NCBI GenBank assembly: GCA_040954595.2
Contig: CM082582.2
Coordinates: 7,318,063-7,382,062 of the forward strand
Reading direction: 5' to 3'
Length of the DNA stretch: 64,000 bases
From: Balanoglossus misakiensis
Lineage: Eukaryota; Animalia; Hemichordata
Made by a program: the position numbers and the translations under genes. This document shows positions 1-13,421 of the stretch, one piece after another; the stretch's first letter is position 1, and each line of letters begins with the position of its first letter. The notes below the pieces were generated by a model that was given only the letters and a program-made list of their open reading frames with translations, did not search any database and was not told the origin of the DNA.

Positions 1-3000
1 ATGGTTTTTGTGAAAAAATGAAGAAATTTTGATCATTCGCAAAGTCGAAAAATTGTCATTTTTTGATGATTTTCATGGGCTATAACCCATGGTTTTTGTG
101 TAAAAATGAAGAAATTTTGATAATTCGCAAAGTCGAAAAATTGTCATTTTTTGATGATTTTCATGGGCTATAACCCATGGTTTTTGTGAAAAAATGAAGA
201 AATTTTGATAATTCGCAAAGTCGAAAAATTGTCATTTTTTGATGATTTTCATGGGCTATAACCCATGGTTTTTGTGAAAAAATGAAGAAATTTTGATAAT
301 TCGCAAAGTCGAAAAATTGTCATTTTTTGATGATTTTCATGGGCTATAACCCATGGTTTTTGTGAAAAAATGAAGAAATTTTGATAATTCGCAAAGTCGA
401 AAAATTGTCATTTTTTGATGATTTTCATGGGCTATAACCCATGGTTTTTGTGAAAAAATGAAGAAATTTTGATCATTCGCAAAGTCGAAAAATTGTCATT
501 TTTTGATGATTTTCATGGGCTATAACCCATGGTTTTTGTGAAAAAATGAAGAAATTTTGATAATTCGCAAAGTCGAAAAATTGTCATTTTTTGATGATTT
601 TCATGGGCTATAACCCATGGTTTTTGTGAAAAAATGAAGAAATTTTGATAATTCGCAAAGTCGAAAAATTGTCATTTTTTGATGATTTTCATGGGCTATA
701 ACCCATGGTTTTTGTGAAAAAATGAAGAAATTTTGATAATTCGCAAAGTCGAAAAATTGTCATTTTTTGATGATTTTCATGGGCTATAACCCATGGTTTT
801 TGTGAAAAAATGAAGAAATTTTGATCATTCGCAAAGTCGAAAAATTGTCATTTTTTGATGATTTTCATGGGCTATAACCCATGGTTTTTGTGAAAAAATG
901 AAGAAATTTTGATAATTCGCAAAGTCGAAAAATTGTCATTTTTTGATGATTTTCATGGGCTATAACCCATGGTTTTTGTGAAAAAATGAAGAAAATTTGA
1001 TAATTCGCAAAGTCGAAAAATTGTCATTTTTTGATGATTTTCATGGGCTATAACCCATGGTTTTTGTGAAAAAATGAAGAAAATTTGATAATTCGCAAAG
1101 TCGAAAAATTGTCATTTTTTGATGATTTTCATGGGCTATAACCCATGGTTTTTGTGTAAAAATGAAGAAAATTTGATAATTCGCAAAGTCGAAAAATTTT
1201 CATTTTTTGATGATTTTCATGGGCTATAACCCATGGTTTTTGTGAAAAAATGAAGAAATTTTGATAATTCGCAAAGTCGGAAAATTTTCATTTTTTGATG
1301 ATTTTCATGGGCTATAACCCATGGTTTTTGTGAAAAAATGAAGAAATTTTGATCATTCGCAAAGTCGAAGAATTTTCATTTTTTGATGATTTTCATGGGC
1401 TATAACCCATGGTTTTTGTGAAAAAATGAAGAAATTTTGATCATTCGCAAAGTCGAAGAATTGTCATTTTTTGATGATTTTCATGGGCTATAACCCATGG
1501 TTTTTGTGAAAAAATGAAGAAATTTTGATAATTCGCAAAGTCGAAAAATTGTCATTTTTTGATGATTTTCATGGGCTATAACCCATGTTTTTTGTGAAAA
1601 AATGAAGAAATTTTGATAATTCGCAAAGTCGAAAAATTGTCATTTTTTGGTGATTTTCATAGGCTATAACCCATGGTTTTTGTGAAAAAATGAAGAAATT
1701 TTCATAATTCGCAAAGTCGAAAAATTGTCATTTTTTGATGATTTTCATGGGCTATAACCCATGGTTTTTGTGAAAAAATGAAGAAATTTTCATAATTCGC
1801 AAAGTCGAAAAATTGTCATTTTTGATGATTTTCATAGGCTATAACCCATGGTTTTTGTGAAAAAATGAAGAAATTTTGATCATTCGCAAAGTCGAAGAAT
1901 TGTCATTTTTTGATGATTTTCATGGGCTATAACCCATGGTTTTTGTGAAAAAATGAAGAAATTTTGATCATTCGCAAAGTCGAAAAATTGTCATTTTTTG
2001 ATGATTTTCATGGGCTATAACCCATGGTTTTTGTGAAAAAATGAAGAAATTTTGATCATTCGCAAAGTCGAAAAATTGTCATTTTTTGATGATTTTCATG
2101 GGCTATAACCCATGGTTTTTGTGAAAAAATGAAGAAATTTTGATCATTCGCAAAGTCGAAAAATTGTCATTTTTTGATGATTTTCATGGGCTATAACCCA
2201 TGGTTTTTGTGAAAAAATGAAGAAATTTTGATCATTCGCAAAGTCGAAAAATTGTCATTTTTTGATGATTTTCATGGGCTATAACCCATGGTTTTTGTGT
2301 AAAAATGAAGAAATTTTGATCATTCGCAAAGTCGAAAAATTGTCATTTTTTGATGATTTTCATGGGCTATAACCCATGGTTTTTGTGAAAAAATGAAGAA
2401 ATTTTGATAATTCGCAAAGTCGAAAAATTGTCATTTTTTGATGATTTTCATGGGCTATAACCCATGGTTTTTGTGAAAAAATGAAGAAATTTTGATAATT
2501 CGCAAAGTCGAAAAATTGTCATTTTTTGATGATTTTCATGGGCTATAACCCATGGTTTTTGTGAAAAAATGAAGAAATTTTGATCATTCGCAAAGTCGAA
2601 AAATTGTCATTTTTTGATGATTTTCATGGGCTATAACCCATGGTTTTTGTGAAAAAATGAAGAAATTTTGATAATTCGCAAAGTCGAAAAATTGTCATTT
2701 TTTGGTGATTTTCATAGGCTATAACCCATGGTTTTTGTGAAAAAATGAAGAAATTTTCATAATTCGCAAAGTCGAAAAATTGTCATTTTTTGATGATTTT
2801 CATGGGCTATAACCCATGGTTTTTGTGAAAAAATGAAGAAATTTTCATAATTCGCAAAGTCGAAAAATTGTCATTTTTGATGATTTTCATAGGCTATAAC
2901 CCATGGTTTTTGTGAAAAAATGAAGAAATTTTGATCATTCGCAAAGTCGAAGAATTGTCATTTTTTGATGATTTTCATGGGCTATAACCCATGGTTTTTG

Positions 3001-6000
3001 TGAAAAAATGAAGAAATTTTGATCATTCGCAAAGTAGAAAAATTGTCATTTTTTGATGATTTTCATGGGCTATAACCCATGGTTTTTGTGAAAAAATGAA
3101 GAAATTTTGATCATTCGCAAAGTCGAAAAATTGTCATTTTTTGATGATTTTCATGGGCTATAACCCATGGTTTTTGTGAAAAAATGAAGAAATTTTGATC
3201 ATTCGCAAAGTCGAAAAATTGTCATTTTTTGATGATTTTCATGGGCTATAACCCATGGTTTTTGTGAAAAAATGAAGAAATTTTGATCATTCGCAAAGTC
3301 GAAAAATTGTCATTTTTTGATGATTTTCATGGGCTATAACCCATGGTTTTTGTGAAAAAATGAAGAAATTTTGATCATTCGCAAAGTCGAAAAATTGTCA
3401 TTTTTTGATGATTTTCATGGGCTATAACCCATGGTTTTTGTGTAAAAATGAAGAAATTTTGATCATTCGCAAAGTCGAAAAATTGTCATTTTTTGATGAT
3501 TTTCATGGGCTATAACCCATGGTTTTTGTGAAAAAATGAAGAAATTTTGATAATTCGCAAAGTCGAAAAATTGTCATTTTTTGATGATTTTCATGGGCTA
3601 TAACCCATGGTTTTTGTGAAAAAATGAAGAAATTTTGATAATTCGCAAAGTCGAAAAATTGTCATTTTTTGATGATTTTCATGGGCTATAACCCATGGTT
3701 TTTGTGAAAAAATGAAGAAATTTTGATAATTCGCAAAGTCGAAAAATTGTCATTTTTTGATGATTTTCATGGGCTATAACCCATGGTTTTTGTGAAAAAA
3801 TGAAGAAATTTTGATCATTCGCAAAGTCGAAAAATTGTCATTTTTTGATGATTTTCATGGGCTATAACCCATGGTTTTTGTGAAAAAATGAAGAAATTTT
3901 GATAATTCGCAAAGTCGAAAAATTGTCATTTTTTGATGATTTTCATGGGCTATAACCCATGGTTTTTGTGAAAAAATGAAGAAATTTTGATAATTCGCAA
4001 AGTCGAAAAATTGTCATTTTTTGATGATTTTCATGGGCTATAACCCATGGTTTTTGTGAAAAAATGAAGAAATTTTGATAATTCGCAAAGTCGAAAAATT
4101 GTCATTTTTTGATGATTTTCATGGGCTATAACCCATGGTTTTTGTGAAAAAATGAAGAAATTTTGATAATTCGCAAAGTCGAAAAATTGTCATTTTTTGA
4201 TGATTTTCATGGGCTATAACCCATGGTTTTTGTGAAAAAATGAAGAAATTTTGATCATTCGCAAAGTCGAAAAATTGTCATTTTTTGATGATTTTCATGG
4301 GCTATAACCCATGATTTTTGTGAAAAAATGAAGAAATTTTGATCATTCGCAAAGTCGAAAAATTGTCATTTTTTGATGATTTTCATGGGCTATAACCCAT
4401 GGTTTTTGTGAAAAAATGAAGAAATTTTGATAATTCGCAAAGTCGAAAAATTGTCATTTTTTGATGATTTTCATGGGCTATAACCCATGGTTTTTGTGAA
4501 AAAATGAAGAAATTTTGATAATTCGCAAAGTCGAAAAATTGTCATTTTTTGATGATTTTCATGGGCTATAACCCATGGTTTTTGTGAAAAAATGAAGAAA
4601 TTTTGATAATTCGCAAAGTCGAAAAATTGTCATTTTTTGATGATTTTCATGGGCTATAACCCATGGTTTTTGTGAAAAAATGAAGAAATTTTGATAATTC
4701 GCAAAGTCGAAAAATTGTCATTTTTTGATGATTTTCATGGGCTATAACCCATGGTTTTTGTGAAAAAATGAAGAAATTTTGATAATTCGCAAAGTCGAAA
4801 AATTGTCATTTTTTGATGATTTTCATGGGCTATAACCCATGGTTTTTGTGAAAAAATGAAGAAATTTTGATAATTCGCAAAGTCGAAAAATTGTCATTTT
4901 TTGATGATTTTCATGGGCTATAACCCATGGTTTTTGTGAAAAAATGAAGAAATTTTGATCATTCGCAAAGTCGAAAAATTGTCATTTTTTGATGATTTTC
5001 ATGGGCTATAACCCATGGTTTTTGTGAAAAAATGAAGAAATTTTGATAATTCGCAAAGTCGAAAAATTGTCATTTTTTGATGATTTTCATGGGCTATAAC
5101 CCATGGTTTTTGTGAAAAAATGAAGAAATTTTGATAATTCGCGAAGTCGAAAAATTGTCATTTTTTGATGATTTTCATGGGCTATAACCCATGGTTTTTG
5201 TGAAAAAATGAAGAAATTTTGATAATTCGCAAAGTCGAAAAATTGTCATTTTTTGATGATTTTCATGGGCTATAACCCATGGTTTTTGTGAAAAAATGAA
5301 GAAATTTTGATCATTCGCAAAGTCGAAGAATTGTCATTTTTTGATGATTTTCATGGGCTATAACCCATGGTTTTTGTGAAAAAATGAAGAAATTTTGATC
5401 ATTCGCAAAGTCGAAAAATTGTCATTTTTTGATGATTTTCATGGGCTATAACCCATGGTTTTTATGAAAAAATGAAGAAATTTTGATCATTCGCAAAGTC
5501 GAAAAATTGTCATTTTTTGATGATTTTCATGGGCTATAACCCATGGTTTTTATGAAAAAATGAAGAAATTTTGATCATTCGCAAAGTCGAAAAATTGTCA
5601 TTTTTTGATGATTTTCATGGGCTATAACCCATGGTTTTTGTGAAAAAATGAAGAAATTTTGATCATTCGCAAAGTCGAAAAATTGTCATTTTTTGATGAT
5701 TTTCATGGGCTATAACCCATGGTTTTTGTGAAAAAATGAAGAAAATTTGATAATTCGCAAAGTCGAAAAATTGTCATTTTTTGATGATTTTTATGGGCTA
5801 TAACCCATGGTTTTTGTGAAAAAATGAAGAAAATTTGATAATTCGCAAAGTCGAAAAATTTTCATTTTTTGATGATTTTCATGGGCTATAACCCATGGTT
5901 TTTGTGTAAAAATGAAGAAATTTTGATAATTCGCAAAGTCGAAAAATTGTCATTTTTTGATGATTTTCATGGGCTATAACCCATGGTTTTTGTGAAAAAA

Positions 6001-9000
6001 TGAAGAAATTTTGATAATTCGCAAAGTCGAAGAATTGTCATTTTTTGATGATTTTCATGGGCTATTTTTTGATGATTTTCATGGGCTATAACCCATGGTT
6101 TTTATGAAAAAATGAAGAAATTTTGATCATTCGCAAAGTCGAAAAATTGTCATTTTTTGATGATTTTCATGGGCTATAACCCATGGTTTTTGTGAAAAAA
6201 TGAAGACATTTTGATCATTCGCAAAGTCGAAAAATTGTCATTTTTTGATGATTTTCATGGGTTATAACCCATGGTTTTTGTGAAAAAATGAAGACATTTT
6301 GATCATTCGCAAAGTCGAAAAATTGTCATTTTTTGATGATTTTCATGGGCTATAACCCATGGTTTTTGTGAAAAAATGAAGAAATTTTGATCATTCGCAA
6401 AGTCGAAAAATTGTCATTTTTTGATGATTTTCATGGGCTATAACCCATGTTTTTTGTGAAAAAATGAAGAAATTTTGATAATTCGCAAAGTCGAAAAATT
6501 GTCATTTTTTGATGATTTTCATGGGCTATAACCCATGGTTTTTGTGAAAAAATGAAGAAATTTTGATAATTCGCAAAGTCGAAAAATTGTCATATTTTGA
6601 TGATTTTCATGGGCTATAACCCATGGTTTTTGTGAAAAAATGAAGAAATTTTGATAAGTCGAAAAATTGTCATTTTTTGATGATTTTCATGGGCTATAAC
6701 CCATGGTTTTTGTGAAAAAATAAAGAAATTTTGATAATTCGCAAAGTCGAAAAATTGTCATTTTTTGATGATTTTCATGGGCTATAACCCATGGTTTTTG
6801 TGAAAAAATGAAGAAATTTTGATCATTCGCAAAGTCGAAGAATTGTCATTTTTTGATGATTTTCATGGGCTATAACCCATGGTTTTTGTGAAAAAATGAA
6901 GAAATTTTGATCATTCGCAAAGTCGAAAAATTGTCATTTTTTGATGATTTTCATGGGCTATAACCCATGGTTTTTGTGAAAAAATGAAGAAATTTTGATC
7001 ATTCGCAAAGTCGAAAAATTGTCATTTTTTGATGATTTTCATGGGCTATAACCCATGGTTTTTGTGTAAAAATGAAGAAATTTCGATAATTCGCAAAGTC
7101 GAAAAATTGTCATTTTTTGATGATTTTCATGGGCTATAACCCATGGTTTTTGTGAAAAAATGAAGAAATTTTGATAATTCGCAAAGTCGAAAAATTGTCA
7201 TTTTTTGATGATTTTCATGGGCTATAACCCATGGTTTTTGTGAAAAAATGAAGAAATTTTGATAATTCGCAAAGTCGAAAAATTGTCATTTATTGATGAT
7301 TTTCATGGGCTATAACCCATGGTTTTTGTGAAAAAATGAAGAAATTTTGATAATTCGCAAAGTCGAAAAATTGTCATATTTTGATGATTTTCATGGGCTA
7401 TAACCCATGGTTTTTGTGAAAAAATGAAGAAATTTTGATAATTCGCAAAGTCGAAAAATTGTCATTTTTTGATGATTTTCATGGGCTATAACCCATGGTT
7501 TTTGTGAAAAAATGAAGAAATTTTGATAATTCACAAAGTCGAAAAATTGTCATATTTTGATGATTTTCATGGGCTATAACCCATGGTTTTTGTGAAAAAA
7601 TGAAGAAATTTTGATAATTCGCAAAGTCGAAAAATTGTCATATTTTGATCATTTTCATGGGCTATAACCCATGGTTTTTGTGAAAAAATGAAGAAATTTT
7701 GATAATTCGCAAAGTTGAAAAATTGTCATATTTTGATGATTTTCATGGGCTATAACCCATGGTTTTTGTGAAAAAAAGAAGAAATTTTGATAATTCGCAA
7801 AGTCGAAAAATTGTCATATTTTGATGATTTTCATGGGCTATAACCCATGGTTTTTGTGAAAAAAAGAAGAAATTTTGATTATTCGCAATGTCGAAAAATT
7901 GTCATTTTTTGATGATTTTCATGGGCTATAACCCATGGTTTTTGTGAAAAAATGAAGAAATTTTGATAATTCGCAAAGTCGAAAAATTGTCATTTTTTGA
8001 TGATTTTCATGGGCTATAACCCATGGTTTTTGTGAAAAAATGAAGAAATTTTGATAATTCGCAAAGTCGAAAAATTGTCATTTTTTGATGATTTTCATGG
8101 GCTATAACCCATGGTTTTTGTGAAAAAATGAAGAAATTTTGATAATTCGCAAAGTCAAAAATTTGTCATTTTTTGATGATTTTCATGGGCTATAACCCAT
8201 GGTTTTTGTGAAAAAATGAAGAAATTTTGATAATTCGCAAAGTCGAAAAATTGTCATTTTTTGATGATTTTCATGGGCTATAACCCATGTTTTTTGTGAA
8301 AAAATGAAGAAATTTTGATAATTCGCAAAGTCGAAAAATTGTCATTTTTGATGATTTTCATGGGCTATATATAACCCATGGTTTTTGTGAAAAAATGAAG
8401 AAATTTTGATAATTCGCAAAGTCGAAAAATTGTCATTTTTTGATGATTTTCATGGGCTATAACCCATGGTTTTTGTGAAAAAATGAAGAAATTTTGATAA
8501 TTCGCAAAGTCGAAAAATTGTCATTTTTTGATGATTTTCATGGGCTATAACCCATGGTTTTTGTGAAAAAATGAAGAAATTTTGATAATTCGCAAAGTCG
8601 AAAAATTGTCATTTTTTGATGATTTTCATGGGCTATAACCCATGGTTTTTGTGAAAAAATGAAGAAATTTTCATAATTCGCATAGTCGAAAAATTGTCAT
8701 TTTTTGATGATTTTCATGGGCTATAACCCATGGTTTTTGTGAAAAAATGAAGAAATTTTGATAATTCGCAAAGTCGAAAAATTGTCATTTTTTGATGATT
8801 TTCATGGGCTATAACCCATGGTTTTTGTGAAAAAATGAAGAAATTTTGATAATTCGCAAAGTCGAAAAATTGTCATTTTTTGATGATTTTCATGGGCTAT
8901 AACCCATGGTTTTTGTGAAAAAATGAAGAAATTTTGATAATTCGCAAAGTCGAAAAATTGTCATTTTTTGATGATTTTCATGGGCTATAACCCATGGTTT

Positions 9001-9550
9001 TTGTGAAAAAATGAAGAAATTTTCATAATTCGCATAGTCGAAAAATTGTCATTTTTTGATGATTTTCATGGGCTATAACCCATGGTTTTCGTGAAAAAAT
9101 GAAGAAATTTTGATAATTCGCAAAGTCGAAAAATTGTCATTTTTTGATGATTTTCATGGGCTATAACCCATGTTTTTTTTTGAAAAAATGAAGAAATTTT
9201 GATAATTCGCAAAGTCAAAAATTTGTCATTTTTTGATGATTTTCATGGGCTATAACCCATGGTTTTTGTGAAAAAATGAAGAAATTTTGATAATTCGCAA
9301 AGTCGAAAAATTGTCATTTTTTGATGATTTTCATGGGCTATAACCCATGGTTTTTGTGAAAAAATGAAGAAATTTTGATAATTCGCATAGTCGAAAAATT
9401 GTCATTTTTTGATGATTTTCATGGGCTATAACCCATGGTTTTTGCGAAAAAATGAAGAAATTTTGATCATTCGCAAAGTCGAAAAATTGTCATTTTTTGA
9501 TGATTTTCATGGGCTATAACCCATGGTTTATGGTTTTTGCGAAAAAATGA
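1..9550. repeat. 88-bp tandem satellite array, ~108 copies, truncated by the window start
   Basis: Monomer ATGGTTTTTGTGAAAAAATGAAGAAATTTTGAT(C/A)ATTCGCAAAGTCGAAAAATTGTCATTTTTTGATGATTTTCATGGGCTATAACCC recurs every 88 nt (positions 1, 89 ... 1321 = 15 units). Copies are near-identical with no spacers; substitutions and indels increase toward the right edge. Confidence 0.99.
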
Positions 9551-9597
9551 AGCAATAGTTTACCCACCTGAGTGATCGAAGTGTTTACGAGGAACGT
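9549..9597 (-). repeat. 49-bp inverted copy of thioesterase-1 exon 1/intron 1 junction (9854-9902) at the satellite boundary
   Basis: GAAGCAATAGTTTACCCACCTGAGTGATCGAAGTGTTTACGAGGAACGT is the reverse complement of 9854-9902 with one mismatch. Confidence 0.95.
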
Positions 9598-9798
9598 AAC
9601 TCTACATCTTATGGCGCTAATGGCATGAATATCTCGCCGCCAAATGTGGTGTACGACTTAAGCTCACGTGACTTGTGAGTTACGTGAGCAAACCACCCCA
9701 ATTGACCCCCGGCCCAACTTTGGCATTATAGTACAGAGACTCAGACAGACTGCCTGCATAACTGTGCTTGTACGGTTTCCACCTCGTTTATTGATAAA

Positions 9799-11362
9799 AT
9801 GAAAGTGCTTTCCTGCCTTCCTCGTGGTGGAAACTGCGCCTTGTTAATCAACAACGTTCCTCGTAAATACTTCGATCACTCAGGTGGGTAAACTATTGCT
9901 TCTAAGTTCTAGCATACTGAGACCCTTTCTACAGGGTCTAAGCCTATGCTTCTTATGACTGACGTGACAGACCAACCTTAGCCATAGCTGCAGTTCAGTT
10001 GCTCGAGGTTTTCAGTGCCTTGGTTTGTGTTTGCTGCCTACCACACAAACCAAGACAAAACCTCGAACTACTGAACTGCAGCAACCTAAGCCCTACACGG
10101 TGTCAGCATGCTGTTGGCGTTGCCCGGCACGGGACCGGGAACACACAGACCTCTACGCAGGGCGAGTTGTTCGTTTAACGTTTTAAAATCCATGCACTGC
10201 ATAGCTTTGCAAGTTTATGCACATCCCATCTTAGACTTGTTTCAAGCCTGTGATTTGTGGTTTATTTTGTTTTCATATGAAAATGAAATGCTTGAGCAGG
10301 GTGTGAACGCAGCAGGCCAGGGGAACTTTTAAGCCGGTAGAAACTAACTCCCCACTGCGCAGACTCGGATGTAGGCTGTACGCCTAATGCGTTGGATGCG
10401 CGCGAATCTTTTGCAAATGAATTATTCACCGACTCGAAAGAAAAAAAAATTACATAAGAAAGGTCGAATACCCATATGTATCAAACCTGTTCTTTTTTCT
10501 CCCTTTTTTTTTGGGGGGGGGGGGGTCCTGTTATGTGTAATCAAACGTCGCGTGTCTGTCTGGTGCACGTCTGGTACTAATGTTTGATGTGCTTCTGTTT
10601 GCAACTTTAGGTCGACTCATCGCTTGGAATTTGTTTCCCATCCTAGTACAATACTGGAAATTTGTTGGGACACCACGGTACAATTATCTGGGTTTACAAA
10701 CACTCATTCGTGACGGTTTCCTAATATTTCAACGCTCAGTGTTCTACAATTTTCTCCCAGAATTCCACACTCACATTAAGCCATCAACTGCAATGGAAAA
10801 CCACCGTACCCTTATTCACGTTGGGAAAACGTCCTTCCTGCAACGCAGTGAAGTACGCGGTCATGTCGACGGTGTACCTTTATCGACTAGCTACGAGCAT
10901 GTTGTATGTGTAGACACGCGCACAAGACAGCCCACGAAGCTTCCCGATTGGTTCAGACAACTCTATGGTCCGCAAGCAACTGGTCAAACAGCGCAAGCGC
11001 AGTACATGGACAGGTTGACAGATGTTCCAACAGCAACATTCCAACACAACATCCGGGTACCTTTCAGTGACACCGATGAAAACAAGCACGTCTCCCATAC
11101 GGCATACCCCAAATATGCTGGTGAAAGTTCTCACGTAGCCGCTGAGAATCGCACCTACCCTTCATTCCACCGAGACATGACCAGCCACAAAATCAAGTCC
11201 ATAGGTTTACTCTACATGAGAGAAGCTCTCCTGGATGACGTCTTAACAGTTGAAACGTGGGAAGATGCGAATGACCGATGCAAGTTGAATTTCCTGATAA
11301 AGAAGGACATCAAAGAAATCTGTCACTGTAGTATGGAATATTATAACTCTCTGCAGACATGA
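9799..11362 (+). CDS. Double-hotdog thioesterase, acyl-ACP thioesterase-like, copy 1 (exons 9799-9883, 10611-11362)
   Basis: Exon 1 MKVLSCLPRGGNCALLINNVPRKYFDHS-G|GTGGGT splices in phase to TTTAG|GT-RLIAWNLF. N-terminal hotdog features (VGKTS, VCVDTRTRQPTKLP); C-terminal SDTDENKHVSHTAY and LYMREAL resemble the acyl-ACP thioesterase DxDxNxH and YxxE motifs. Ends SLQT (no PTS1). Confidence 0.85.
9985..10084. mobile_element. Short foldback/MITE-like palindromic element in intron of thioesterase copy 1
   Basis: Arms GCTGCAGTTCAGT..TCGAGGTTTT..CTTGGTTTGTGT pair with ACACAAACCAAG..AAAACCTCGA..ACTGAACTGCAGC; flanked by imperfect 9-bp direct repeats CCTTAGCCA/CCTAAGCCC. Confidence 0.7.
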
Positions 11363-12039
11363 TATGCCCACAAAGGCAACGAAACGATGAATTAAGTGTG
11401 TCGGTTTATTAAATAAAACGGCGAATTCCTCTCCTCATTTGATAACAATTTGTGTGTACACAACCACATTTTCTTAATGAACCTGTCCCGCTTTGATGTG
11501 GCGAAAAGACTGCATTATCCCCCATGATATTCCCTTGGCAATGTTACAAGACAAGACTGTCGTGACATTGAACAATCTCAGTCTCTACCCGGCAAACTAA
11601 TAATAAGGTCCCTTTCAAGACCGATTGTACAACAGTATGGCTGGTCGAACTGCACACTCCCCCACACAACCCCTTTCATACATACATATGCGGATCGACT
11701 GGTCCGATACAAAATTGCTCGATACTAAAGTAGACAGGAAGGGTAGCTTGAGAAACGATGTTGTTTCGTGAGTCACTGGACTAACTTTCTCATCGGGGGA
11801 ATAATCTGGCGGAACGCACGAGGAATACGTGGATATGTGCATGTGCACAGGTGGTTGAATGTTGGTATGGACAGTTTTGCATGCATAATGATGATGTGTG
11901 GCTGCTGCTATGTACATGTATGGATGGATCGGGTTTTTTTTGTATGGATGTATACATACATACACTCTTGATCAATTGGGATTATACGACCTACATGTGT
12001 ATGTTCACATTGTTTGTCACGCGATAAATACACCACGGG

Positions 12040-12052
12040 TGACCCTTGACCA
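12040..12052 (-). promoter_or_regulatory. DR1-type nuclear receptor element upstream of thioesterase copy 2
   Basis: TGACCCTTGACCA = TGGTCA-A-GGGTCA on the minus strand, ~80 bp upstream of the ATG; motif match only. Confidence 0.4.
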
Positions 12053-12128
12053 CGCCTGACCATTGACATAGACTACACTACACCGCACACGACTGTGCTT
12101 CTCTGCGGTTCCTGCCTCTGCTGGTAAA

Positions 12129-13421
12129 ATGAAATTCACTTCCTTCGCTCCACATAGCGGACGCTGCACCTGGTTAATGAACAGCATACCTCACAAATAC
12201 TTTGATCATTTAGGTGGGTGAACCAGCTTCTACATAATGTCTATTTTGGACTGACGGTGACAGACGCCAGTGGTAGCATTCATCATCCTGGTGTCAGTAG
12301 ATTTTCACTTCCGTGCAGGTACTGTGCTATAGTTTATGCACGCGCTATCTTAGACTTGGTTCAACCCCGTTTTGTCTTGTCTTGCCTTGTGATATAAAAT
12401 ATTTGAGTGTGGTGAACCCAACACATGGGAGTTGAACCTTGTAGACATTAAGTCACTGATGCGCCAAATTGAAATAAAAAAGATTCATAAACGAAATCTA
12501 TTGCACGTGATTTAGTTTAATTCGCCGACTTTGAACTAAGTCTAGTCCGAGCTCTCGCAGCGACAATGGAATGCGAGCCGACCCACCAGCATTACCATCA
12601 TATGATGATGATATCTGGACAAAAAAGACTATGTTACTGCTATATTTATTTCTGTTTCAAATGTAGGTCAACCAGTCGCTTGGCATTTGTTTTCAATCAT
12701 GGGCGAATTCTGGAGATTGGTCGAGACACCAACGTACAAGCAGTATCTGAGCTTTGGAAATCTCAACCGCGACGGCTTAATTATGTTCTATCGCTCAGTG
12801 GTCTACAATTTTCTCCCGGAATTCCACACTCTCCTGAAGCCGTCAACTGCAATGGAAAACCACCGTTCCCTTATTCACATCGGAAAGACCTCCCACCTTC
12901 AATACAGTGAAGTACGCAGTCATGACGATGGTGTCCTGTTATCGACAGGCTACGAGCAGTCTGTATGTGTAGACGCAATCACGAGACAGCCCACAAAGCT
13001 ACCAGATTGGTTCAGAAAGCTCTACAACCCTCAGGTAATCGATCGACCAGCGCAGTACATGAACAGGTTGACAGATGTTCCAACAGCAACATTCAAACAC
13101 AAAATCCGGGTGACTCTCAGTGATATTGACGAAAACAATCACGTGTCTCATATGGCATACCCTATATATGCTGGGGAAAGTTCTCTCGTAGCCGCTGAGA
13201 ATCGCGCCTACCCTTCATTCCACCGAGACATGACCCGCTACAAAATCAAGTCCATAGGTTTACTCTACATGAGAGAAGCTCTCCTGGATGACGTCTTAAC
13301 AGTTGAAACGTGGGAAGATGCGAATGACCGATGCAAGTTAAATTTCCTGACAAGGAAGGAAAATGAAGAAATATGTCACTGTAGCATCAAATATTATAAC
13401 ACAGCTCGGTCAAAGTTATAG
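12129..13421 (+). CDS. Double-hotdog thioesterase, acyl-ACP thioesterase-like, copy 2 (exons 12129-12213, 12667-13421), PTS1 -SKL
   Basis: Exon 1 MKFTSFAPHSGRCTWLMNSIPHKYFDHL-G|GTGGGT; acceptor TGTAG|GT-QPVAWHLFSIMGEF; SDIDENNHVSHMAY and LYMREAL motifs; C-terminus ARSKL*. Confidence 0.87.

Noticed and set aside
1-9550. CRISPR array or telomeric repeat interpretation of the repeats
   Set aside because: No unique spacers and no cas genes; TAACCC occurs once per 88-bp monomer, not as tandem TTAGGG.
9918-9941. Small hairpin AGACCCT-TTCTAC-AGGGTCT
   Set aside because: Only a 7-bp stem with no convincing TSD.
10580-10610. ORF-track start of thioesterase 1 (MFDVLLFATL) and similar starts for copies 2-5
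   Set aside because: These are intronic read-through or internal codons; homologous upstream first exons splice in phase.
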